A stretch of 64,000 bases of DNA from Ministeria vibrans ATCC 50519 (Eukaryota > Protista > Filasterea), in assembly GCA_943704425.1 (NCBI GenBank), contig CALSCP010001613.1, positions 77,856-141,855 of the forward strand, written 5' to 3'. How positions within the stretch are numbered: position 1 is the first letter of the stretch; every line of letters begins with the position of its first letter. Of the stretch, positions 23,336 to 34,344 are shown one piece after another. Position numbers and translations under genes: made by a program. The notes below the pieces were generated by a model. That model searched no databases and was not told where the DNA came from. It saw only the letters and a program-made list of their open reading frames with translations.

Positions 23336-24079
23336 CGACGATGGAGTTGCCTAAAATACAATGACATCAACACGCATCCCTGGTCGCCATGTCGCCTTAC
23401 ACGTGAGAAAGATGCGGATGGGGGAGTGACCGACGCCGATGGGTTCTTCTCTTTCAGCAACATGACGAAAAGTAAAATTATATCTACTGTAAAGTAGTGT
23501 AAGCAAATGATTATCGCAAGACGTATCCCATAATTATATTGATGGTACAGACACCGCGCGAAGAGACTGCCAGACCGCCTTGCATTTAGCTTGCAAACTT
23601 GACCAAGGCTCTTGGGGGAAGATGGGAGAGCAATGGTAAGTCAGTGGTGCTTGTGTCCAGTGAGACCATTGCAATGGTACGCCGTATTCATCCCCCAGAC
23701 TCCAGAGGGGGCTTGGGGCACTCCGGTAGGGAGTGTGGAGTCAAGGTGGTCTTGAAGCAATCGGGTCGGTGGATGGTGGTCGGTGGGCCCTGCCTGGTGG
23801 CTGCTGTGTGCTTCTGTGGTGCACGAGACGCACAGGGACAGAGGAGGGACTGGTCGGCTGCGACTGGTGCGCTCCTTGTCGAAGATTATAATTTATAAGG
23901 AAATGTGATGTGAATGGGTTTGGGGGGAAAAGCGTTCAGGTTCGGAATTAATTGCATAATAATAATATCAACAACAGCTTTCTTTACTATTACGGAAATT
24001 TTACGCTTGACATAAAAGCCCTAACCCTAAACACAAACTGCCCTTCACACAAACCGCGCTTCCCTCGCCGTCGTGTGGC

Positions 24080-26293
24080 TTATGGGCATGATCCCCACAC
24101 GGGTCGAGGCAACGTCCAAGCGGGAGTGCCGTCATCAAACAAGGTCGGTTGCGTTGGAATAAGCGAGACGCACCATTCGCTCAGACTGTGATCAAAAAAT
24201 GGTGAAAATAATGAGAATGGATAAATCTTCTTCTCATCGAAGCAAATCATAATACCAATAATACATCAATGGCTTCCCAGTGAATACATTGAGTGCTCGT
24301 ACACATTGCAAATTGAATAGAAGTGGGTGTGTTTTGCTTACTCTTGATTGAACGACTTCGCCCCATCAAACATTAACAACATCTGAGACACTCTCTACAA
24401 AATCAAGTTAAAATCCTTTTCTGTTTTTACTTGAGGTTTTTCTTACCGACGTGTCAAACGGAAGAGGTTGGTTGAACGCGGTTGCAGCGTGAAACATTTC
24501 ATTCATAACGATGACGTTCTGCACACACACACAGAGATGAAACAAACCAAATCAGTTTTTTGTGAGGGGGTAGAATGAAATGACGCACAGAAGTGTTCAG
24601 AGAGAGGGGTTGATTGAAAGACGAGGCACCACTGAATAAGAATCGCATATCCGAGACCAGCTAAGCGAGTAATAAAATCATAATATTAAATCATTATTGA
24701 GTATTGCGCTGATCAACAAACGTACTGAAGTATCAAATGAGGACAAGCTCTGATTGAACGCAAGAGCTCCCGAGAAGATTGCATACATCTCAGACACACT
24801 CTAACATCAATAATAATAAAAATTAATAATAATTATAATAATTATATTATAATAATAATAAATTTATTATTATTTAATTTCGTTACGGAAGTGTCAAAGG
24901 AAACTTGCTGATTGAACGTTTCCGCGTTGTAGAACATAAACCGCATGTCAGTGACACTCTGCAAACATAATAATGTGTCAGAATATTTTGTAAGAATAAA
25001 GAAGACATTCTTCTGAGTCGTACTGAAGTGTCGAACTCAATAGGCGAATTGAAGCTGTGCGCCGTATGAAACATTGCGTACATGTTTTGGACATTCTATG
25101 ACAACACAGCAAAAGATCAGTCTAGATTTTGAGTTGTTGTTGTTGTTTTAGGGTGCAACTGACTGAAGTATTGAAGGAAAGTGGCTGGTCAAAGGAGAGG
25201 GCGCCCCAGAACATGTATGACATGTCCGTTATATTCTAAAAAGGAAAAAAAAGAAAATAATAATTAAATTAACAACAAACACAACTCAACAACAGCTAAT
25301 TTATAATCACCTTCGTGTCCCACTGAGTCAAACCCCCTCGATAATCAATGCCACTGTCGCGAAACATGTGCGCAAGAGTGGTCGTCCCCGTCAGATCAAG
25401 CGGGTCAGTGGCAGTGATCACAAGATTCGAACACCCGTAGAAGTACCCCCCGCTCGCATGGTCGCCCACTCGCATCCTGCCCCACTGTTGAATCTCACGG
25501 AGACGCTCTTTGTCGCCAGCATCGCCAAAACGAAAGCCGACAAAATCGCCTCGTATCGTGACTGTGTGGTTCCCTTTCAAAGCATACTGGTGAGTGCGCA
25601 GCGACGTAGCGTAACCCGTAATGGACTCCTCGATGCCCTCATCGCCCCACGTCACAGTGAAGTTGTACACACCGCTCGCCATCATCGGAAGGCTGACGGA
25701 CGCTCCGTCACTTGTTGTCTCCCACACCGATATGAAGGCAGCCTCTCGTTGGCAGTCCACGCCATCAAACTCGCTTGTGCACTCACAATGATACATTCCC
25801 ACTACAACAACAGGAAGTGAGATATGACATGAAAGAGGTGTCATTATTATTGATGAAATTTGGAACCCAACGCCTTACCGGCCGACTCGGAACAGCTGCC
25901 GCCGTTGAGACAGGGCGATGAGGCACAGCGATCAAGGTGGAGGTCGCAGTGCGTGCCGGTGAAGCCTGCAGTGCACGAACAGAGCGCCATGTCGTTGGAA
26001 ACCGAGCACGTCGCACCATTCGCACACGGTTGCGACACACAGGGCGCCGCCACGCGCGTCTCCAAGGCAGAGATGCGTGCCATAATGGGTGCAATGGCCG
26101 TGAGCACGTCGGCTTCCGTCAGAACACGGTCGTTGCGCACGTACAGCGGTGCAGTCGTCTGCACACTCTTGTTCACTGCGGGTGACAGCACAAGATCCCC
26201 ATCGCTGTTCCACACAGACGACTCGCTGGAGGCCGCCGCCGCATACGTTGCCACGGTCACCATTGCTATGACCTGCAGCAGAAGGGAGAACAT
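24080..26293 (-). CDS. Secreted EGF-domain + BspA/DUF285 (PARCEL-type) repeat surface protein
   Basis: A signal peptide ([21 protein letters not shown]) precedes two EGF domains and the BspA N-cap ([40 protein letters not shown]). Repeat exons lie at 25164-25235, 25024-25095, 24887-24958, 24726-24800, 24589-24660, 24447-24518 and 24342-24394. The last exon, 24080-24185, encodes the cap DLSEWCVS..P..F....P.WGSCP*. Confidence 0.88.
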
Positions 26294-26395
26294 GTTGCAA
26301 AAAAAAAATAATAAGTCAGTTATCTGTCGGTAAAGTTCCACAACTCACGTCACACAAATGAATAATGATTGAAACTCATAAATATTCATTCATTC

Positions 26396-29300
26396 ATGCG
26401 AATCTACCTTCTTCCAAAGATATCCAAGCTACAGCGTGGCATCTACGCGTCTGGTATTGTCAAGCTGGGCGGCTACGTTGCCAGCGCGGGCCTTGATGCG
26501 ACCACAACGCACATTGTGGGACCCGACGCGTAACGAAACACAAACCCCACTCCCCCTCACTCACAGGACTTCTTCAGGACTCGCCAAGAGACTCTAGACT
26601 ACCTCAGACGCTCTGTTAAGGGCCACGAGCACGTGACACCGGCCACAAAGGTGCTGAACAGCCGTTGTTGAGTGACCGTGGCTGATTGTGTTGAACTGAA
26701 CAATTACCTTTTTCCAGATTCTCCCCGACCGCTGGCTCCAACAAAGCATTCGTCAGAAGAAGTTCCTACCCGAGCAACTCTACGAACTGTTGGACCCGCC
26801 GCCGTCGCCGAACGAGCCCAAAGCATCCGCAACAAAGCGAAAGAGACGCTCGAGCGGTTCGTCAAGCGACAGTGACACTTCTGACTCAGACAATGAAGAC
26901 GCGCGACAGGCTAAAGGCGGTCACGCTCGCAGTGAAATTAGCGGAAAACTACCGGCAGAGGCCTTCCGCGCTCGATTCATCCAACAGAACGGAGAAATTG
27001 CCGACAAGACGAAAGTTCCTCTGAGCAAAGGTATACCCAAAAAATTGTTTATTGCATCTACTTTTTTTTTCCCGATTTGTTTTTTTAGCACATTACACTC
27101 ACACAGAGCCGTGTCGACGAAGCACACGCGAACATGGCAATCGTAATGGCGAACTTTCGTCGCTCTTTACACAGTTGGCCAACTTTTACAAGTGAGACGA
27201 AAACAGACAACTCATGCGTAAATGATTGTAGTAATATTGTTCTTTTTGTTGTTGTTCTTATTAGAATAAATGGTGGAGGAATCGACTCTCAACGCCGCTA
27301 CATTGCATTTCGAAGGGTTGCGGTAAGAGTCATACAAAAAGAAAAATTGCTGAGGATTTCATTTTTAACTTTCAAGTTTAAATTGTTATGAAAGGGTCAT
27401 CAACAGTTTTTCAATGACAATAATACTCCATTACAAACAATACTAAGAAAAGAATGTCCTACTTATAGGCATAAAAATGATACACAAATAATTTAAAGAA
27501 GTGACTCTAGAACAAAAAGAATATTGATAATCAGTATAATAATAACTATGTAGCTGCAGCTGTGATACAAACGCCATTAACACTGACCATAATTTTAAAA
27601 ATAATATCAATAATAATATTAATATTAATAATTGAACAACAGCTCATTAATATTAATAATAATTTATATTAATAATTTTATTGCGCCTTTATAATAATCA
27701 TGAAACATCAACATTGTAACACTCGTTTCTCTTCCTAGGGATCTCTTCGCGCCTGTCCCTTCCGCATTACCTCCTCCGAACAAGCACGTCTACTCCCGCA
27801 AATCAGCGACAAGAGCGAACTGATCATTGACGAGTACTTTAGGACGGGAGAGATTAAGCGACTCGAAACCTTCAAACAATCCAAAGAACGTAAGCACAAT
27901 ACCGACAGACTAATCCACTAATCTTTTTTTTTCTTTCAGTTCAAATTATTAAAGAACTGACTGAAATTCACGGGGTGGGTCCATCTGTTGCCCGCTTGTG
28001 GCTCAATCAGGGAATCACGTCCATCAGAGTAAAAACTTTAATAATACAATTAATTATTATTATATTAATATTAATTTTAGGATTTGGTGGAACGACAAGA
28101 CGAATTGAAACTGACGCGATTGCAAAAAATTGCACTAGAGTGTCATTCTGATTTGAAACAGCCTTTTTTACGAATGGAAATTGAAGGTCCAAAAATCAAT
28201 AATATTATTACTAATAATTATAATAATTATAATAATTATTATAATTTTCCTCTGACGTTTGCTTTTTTCTTTGTTTAGAATGTGCTAAACTGTTTGAGTC
28301 GGTAAAGAAAAATGAGTGTTGTTATGATTAAATGTGGACTGAAGGAAATCAAAAGATATTTCAAGGAATCGACAGAGAAATCAAATTTGAGGGTCAGCAC
28401 TTCAATAATACTAATAATAATAATAACATTTTTATTAATTGTAAATGATATCTTTTAGTGTGCGGATCGTATCGCAGAGGAAAAGAAATGTCACATGATA
28501 TGGATATTATTCTAACTCATCCAAACTACAAAAGTAAGTGAAAAAATCAATCTTGCTGCACTTCCTGAAACCTTTTGACTTTTTTAAGATGAAGAAGAAA
28601 CTCTTATGAATCGCATTTTGAGTGAGTTTCGCGCAAGACAGATTCTCATTCACGAGCTTTCGCGCAAAGACAATGAGTTTGCAGACCCAAAGGCAAAAAA
28701 ACAAAAGGTACAAAAATGAGAATAAAATTGTATTTATTTTTATTATTATTATTATTATCAATTCATTATTAATCATTGTGGTTTTGTAGTTGAAAATGGA
28801 CGGAAGTGTTGCCGAGGGAAAAGGACTTACTCACACTCATTTGCAGGTCTTGCAAAAATATAATAATGAATAGAACAATAATACTTATCTTTATGACAAT
28901 GTGTGGTTTTTTATGTAGAGACACGATGGACTATTGGGAGTGTTTCGGCCGTTTCCTCTGAGTCCGTTGCGTCGCATTGACATTACGTATGTTCCGTATG
29001 AACAGTATTACTGTGCCATTCTCGCGTAAGTGAACTCTCACTCTATCGCACTATGCTCTTTGCTGTATTGTCATTCTCTCGTTTGAGTTTGAGATTTGAT
29101 TGAAATTGTGAGATCGATTCTGTCGTTTTCTCGTTTGACTTCGGCGTGCGTCTCATAATTATATTTATAATTATAATGGTTTATTTCCTCTAGCTTCAAA
29201 TTATCGAATGTGTTAATAATTAATATTTTTGTGCGCAGTTGGACGGGAAGTGACTTTTTCGAGCGAAGCATTCGTCATGTGGCCGATCAGTCTAATTGGC

Positions 29301-29471
29301 ATTTGTCCCATCACTCTCTGTCAGACCAAGATCGAAATTTTGTTGATATTCAAAAAGAAGAAGGTTGAAAAAAAGAGATGCTAAAAATAATTATAATAAT
29401 CATTTTTTTTTTTAGATATTTTCACTGCGCTCAATTTGGAATATCTCACACCGGAAGAGAGATGTGTATAA
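26396..29471 (+). CDS. DNA polymerase X family (Pol mu/TdT-like) with N-terminal BRCT, multi-exon
   Basis: BRCT exons (THIVG; [11 protein letters not shown]), the 8-kDa/HhH region ([15 protein letters not shown]), and the catalytic motifs [21 protein letters not shown] and [19 protein letters not shown]|[12 protein letters not shown]. The C-terminus is [18 protein letters not shown]. Confidence 0.88.
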
Positions 29472-29846
29472 AATATAATAATATTATAATAATAATTATT
29501 ATAATAATCACTATTATATTAATTTTATGCTATTATTACCGAAACTGACTGTTTGAATACGAATACCATGTCGCCGCTAAACTAAACAAGGCCCGACCGA
29601 CATTGGGTCACTGTGATGTGTATTGATGCGTTCAAGTTTTGACGCGGAAAAAATGCAAAAAAAAAAAAAAAAGATTTGTCGAGTTCATTTGTTTGCCTGT
29701 CCGACAAGCCTTTGAAGACTGGCTCGGTCCGAATGCCGGTCGCTCTTCGTGGGATCCCATCGCGNNNNNNNNNNACGCGGAAAAAATGCAAAAAAAAAAA
29801 AAAAAAGATTTGTCGAGTTCATTTGTTTGAGTGAAACCATATAGTC

Positions 29847-30497
29847 TTATTCGTCTGATGCGTTGAGTCCCTTTTGAACGTTTTTTGCTCCATTATCAGT
29901 AATTTTCTCTGGTCCTATAAGAGCAACACACAATTATTCAAAAAGGTCGATAACAATTCAATTGTTATTAGCCTACCAGCAATCATATTTCCCATAATGA
30001 CTGCTTTGTTTGCGTTCTTATCGAGTACAATTTGAGCTGATTTCTGGTAGAATTGTGAGCCCATTACGGAAACGGAACTTCCGGCGTGCACAGAAATTGC
30101 CGGAAGTCCCTTTTTGGCGGAATCCCAATTGACGAAATTGCACGAACTGAATGTGACAATGCCCGAGCCAGAAATGTCAGCAATTTGATGGGCAGGACCC
30201 CAAAAGGCCTAAGTCGTTTAGGGTTATTTCGGGTTGTTATTTTTAGTGTTATCATCAAGATTGTTATTATAAGGGTTTGGATTGGGGTCGTGGCGTACTG
30301 TGTTAACGAAGCGCACTGATCCGGTGTTGGTTGATGTTGTGATGACATGAGTTGGATTGCCCACACACGAAGGGCAGAAATGAGGGTCAATAAACGAAGT
30401 GAATTCTCCATTGGTTATCAAAAGTCCCATCGGTTGAGATGCTAAAAACAATAATATTATAATCATATTCATGTTCACACACACACACACACACACA

Positions 30498-30581
<84 letters not shown>

Positions 30582-32229
30582 CTATGTTTCTTTCTCACAC
30601 ACACCCTCTCTCTTTGACGTTTCTCTCTCTCTCGTTCACACACACCATCTAATGAGTATTGACACTACCTTCCACAACCACACTCGCATTAGTACACAAA
30701 TCCGCTCCAATGCCCAGGAAGTTTCCATTGCATGCGCCAGTCGACGACTCAAGGAAGTGATACCCAAACGCATAGCCAAAGGAAAATGTATTCAAAACGT
30801 ATTCCTGTCGGTCAATACGATTAAAGAAGTTCAGTGTGGATGAGAGAGAAAGAAAAATAATCAGATACACGAAACACACGGAAATACTCAAACTATAAAA
30901 CCCAATGCCTAATGTAAACTCATAAACACTGAAATAAAAGGGAAATTACACCAAAACACATGGAAGAGAGCCACAATGAGAATCAATGGGTGTTTTACCC
31001 AATCGGAACGGGCAATAATGAAGGCACGGCCGTTGGTGAGCTGATTGCGCATTAGATCCGTGTTGCTGCTCCACCAGGGATTGAAATGCACATCCTCAAT
31101 GCGACCTGTATGACATGAAATTATAGAATAATCAATATTATATGATTATATTATATAATTATGTGTGTGTGTGTAAATGGGGGGAGTGCGGTTGGATTGT
31201 GTGTGCGTGTGAGAGAATGTAATTGGTTGATGAAAGAGTGATTTTGTTGAGTGATTGTGAGTGAATGAAAGAGAGCGTGTGCAATTGGTTAGACAGTGAG
31301 AAAGTTCAAAACCTCCAAAACAAAAAACACGCACAACCACGTCATTGTAGTAGATACCAATGTCATATGTGGAATCGATCGACAATCCAAAATTCAATGG
31401 TTGGCCAAACACTCTGGCAATGTAGTGGCGAGGCGCCCCTTTGGCAAGAACTCCATTGTACGAGTTGACCAGCTCCACATCCTCCACCGCTGCGTCTTCG
31501 CCAATCAGTGAAATAGTCCAGGGATATTCCACTGCAACGACAATCAACAAACATGACACCAACAGCTCTACTCCAACCTGCTTCCGTCTTGGGGTCTTGC
31601 TCTGGGTAGAAGATAATGAGACCGCGAATGGCACTGTCGTCTTTCAGTTGAATAAAGGGAGTTGCACTTGAATTGCCTACGAGTAGGAGCAAAGGGAGTG
31701 AGTGACTGTCAGACAATAGTGCACTCTCTCATTCGCTCTTTCTCTCTCTCTCTCTCAAACTCCCGCGTCTTCGCACTCTCCTTTCAATCTGACCTGACCC
31801 ACCCGTCGGCAGCAGCACCGACCCAATGGTGGGCGGCACCCCGCCCTGTCCAGGATTGCTGGCAGGAGCGAACGTGTATGTTCCCTGCAACGTCACTGCC
31901 GTCGGCACCACAAGCGAACCTGCGATCAGAAACTGACCCGCCGGCACGTAGACCACTCCGCCGTCCGTAAGGTTTGCCAAGGCACGCTGGAAGGCGGCTG
32001 TGTTGTCCGTCTTGGCGTCTCCTAAGCGGTGTTTGGTTTGTTTACACACGTCGCCTCCTCCTTCCTTATTTCTCACCAACAGCGCCAAAATCAACAACGT
32101 TCACCTCAGACCACGCGTTGTTGTTGACACCGTGTGTGTTAGGAGCACCCGAGCGGAGGGTGAAGCGTAGTCGTGTTCGGCTTGGATCAGTCGCTGAACC
32201 ACAAAGTTTGTCTCAACATTTTCATTCAC

Positions 32230-32261
<32 letters not shown>

Positions 32262-32311
32262 GCACTACCGTAGACAACCGCCACCCAAAGAGCCAGTAGA
32301 AAAATACGCAT
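29847..32311 (-). CDS. Secreted right-handed beta-helix glycoside hydrolase-like protein (Pectate_lyase_3 / GH28-GH55-related), multi-exon
   Basis: Signal exon MRIFLLALWVAVVY, then VNVVDFGAVG|DAKTDNTAAFQRAL..GGVVYVPAGQF. Later exons encode RHYIARVFGQPL, RIEDVHFNP, RSDW|EYVLNTFSFGY, GNFLGIGAD and ITNGEF. Confidence 0.8.
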
Positions 32312-32606
32312 GGAACTTTATAAGACTGATGCCACTTTGATCGTTAAAATTTGTGACTTTTTGATAAATTAAATCTTGAATGAAGAGAGCCAAGTAGAAA
32401 CGAAGTAGACAGGAGTGCCGAGAGGAAAGGGAGACAGGATGGCGAACGGTGAATGGGCCAGATTGATGAGGTGATCGGCCCGCAATCATGATCTTTGATT
32501 CGGTACAAAGAACGTCCATTGCAATTCATTTGCAAGACTAGGTAGGGACGGTAAAAAGAGGGGGGTAAAGTGATTATAGAATCTAACACTTTTAGTTTGT
32601 TTTTTA

Positions 32607-34130
32607 ATGGAAGGCTCATCGTATCAGCTCCTCTCTGTCACAAATGACAACAGCGAGACCCGAGGGGCTTGGTGGCGACGACGAATTCAACTGTCCATGA
32701 TGCTCTTTGGTGCCATTCTTGCTGCGCTTGCTGGTGTCATTGTTGCGCTTGTTGTTGTTGCCACGTCGCCGAAAACGAATGGTAATGCCCCAGCTCCTCA
32801 GCCACATACCTACCCTGCTGGGGCTCGTCGGTTCTTACACTTCTCTGACGCTCATCTTGACATTTTTTACAACGAAACGATATCCACCGAAACATTTTGC
32901 CGATATACGCCGCCCACGGCGACTCTCGCCAACTATGTTGCACGTTACGGTCGTGTGGGCTGCGACGCGCCTTTGGCTCTTGTCCAGTCGCAGTTGATGG
33001 AAATGGAACGTCGCGCAAGTGACGCCAACGCCGAGTTTGTCATCTTCAGTGGTGACAGCGCCGCCCATCGTCTGACGAATGGTGTGTCGCCTGAAATTGG
33101 CGCTGACCGTGTGTTTGCGTGTATGGCAACGTTTGCCGAACATCTTGAGCTCGCGTTCCCCACTACCGCTGTGTTTCCTTGTTTCGGAAACGACGACTCG
33201 CCCGTCAATTACGTGATGCCAAATGTGACCAGTCCCTGGCTCGCTGACGTACTTCGACTTTGGACCCCTCTTATATTGAAGTCGCCCTTTGTTTTGATCA
33301 ATCAAACGGTGCTGAATGAAACATTTTTAGCGGGCGGCTACTATTCGCTGACTTGGAACGCTGACCCTGCAACACCCCTCCATATCATTGTTCTGAACAC
33401 CAACTTTTTCTCCGTGAGCACGAGTACGACAGCGGAGAATATCCAACGTGCCGATGTTCAAATGGAGTGGTTCATTTCCGAGCTTGGTCGGGCCCACGAA
33501 AAAGGTTGGCCGGCAGTTATTGTAGGGCATATTCCGCCGATTGTGGATCCGTATCACCAGCAAAACACCCCATTCAATGCCTTGTGGCAGGCAAACTTTG
33601 AAGACAGGTATCTTGATGCTTTAGACACATATCGAGAGGTGATCTACGGGCAATTTTTTGGACACCTGCACCGCGACGACTTTAAGCTCGTGCACGCTTC
33701 GGGTACACCTACCACCGCCCCCACCACCCTCCCCATATTTCTTTCTCCCGCCATTTCGCCAGTGTACAACACGAACCCTGGCTTTCGGGTGATGGTTAGC
33801 TCACACAATTGGACTATGCTTGACTATTCCCAATTCTTCTCCGCAACCATTCAAAGTGCCGCACACCAACTGGTTGACTGGAATTCAGACTACACCTTCA
33901 GCTCTCGGTATGGTTGCGAAATTGGTCGCTCTGGCGCATGTGTCATCAGCATCAACGACCGTCTCATTGAGGATGCCTCCCGCACTATTTGGTGGCTCTA
34001 TTGGAACTCTCGTCAAGTTCACCTGATCAGCGATCCTGGCAGTTGCTATGCCTTTTACTGCCTCATGCGCTACTCTGTCCTTGCCGACGTTGAACAATGC
34101 GCCGCCACCTACCCATTTCAATACAATTAG
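32607..34130 (+). CDS. Acid sphingomyelinase-like / calcineurin-like metallophosphoesterase (SMPDL3/PPN1 family), N-terminal TM
   Basis: FLHFSDAHLD, YGRVGCDAP, FSGDSAAH, FGNDD, VGHIPP, QFFGHLHRDDF and PAISPVYNTNPGFR. Intronless 507-aa ORF. Confidence 0.88.
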   Translation: MEGSSYQLLSVTNDNSETRGAWWRRRIQLSMMLFGAILAALAGVIVALVVVATSPKTNGNAPAPQPHTYPAGARRFLHFSDAHLDIFYNETISTETFCRYTPPTATLANYVARYGRVGCDAPLALVQSQLMEMERRASDANAEFVIFSGDSAAHRLTNGVSPEIGADRVFACMATFAEHLELAFPTTAVFPCFGNDDSPVNYVMPNVTSPWLADVLRLWTPLILKSPFVLINQTVLNETFLAGGYYSLTWNADPATPLHIIVLNTNFFSVSTSTTAENIQRADVQMEWFISELGRAHEKGWPAVIVGHIPPIVDPYHQQNTPFNALWQANFEDRYLDALDTYREVIYGQFFGHLHRDDFKLVHASGTPTTAPTTLPIFLSPAISPVYNTNPGFRVMVSSHNWTMLDYSQFFSATIQSAAHQLVDWNSDYTFSSRYGCEIGRSGACVISINDRLIEDASRTIWWLYWNSRQVHLISDPGSCYAFYCLMRYSVLADVEQCAATYPFQYN

Positions 34131-34344
34131 GAGTCGTTCGCTTATTTTACTTTGATTCTCTCTTGTTTTTTTTTTTTTTTTAGGGATGATTTCGATTATT
34201 TTGAGACTTGAGACAATCCTTTTTATTTTTTTCTCTCCCCCTTTCATCTGTCAACGAGAAGGAAATTACCGGCACGATCAATTAGATCAAACGCAGTCAA
34301 CGCACAAACGAGTGTCGACGACTGCCCATTCTCCTCCCATCATC

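Noticed and set aside
29643-29828. Direct repeat acgcggaaaaaatgc(a)n gatttgtcgagttcatttgttt
   Set aside because: It is adjacent to an N10 gap, so it is probably a contig-end overlap.
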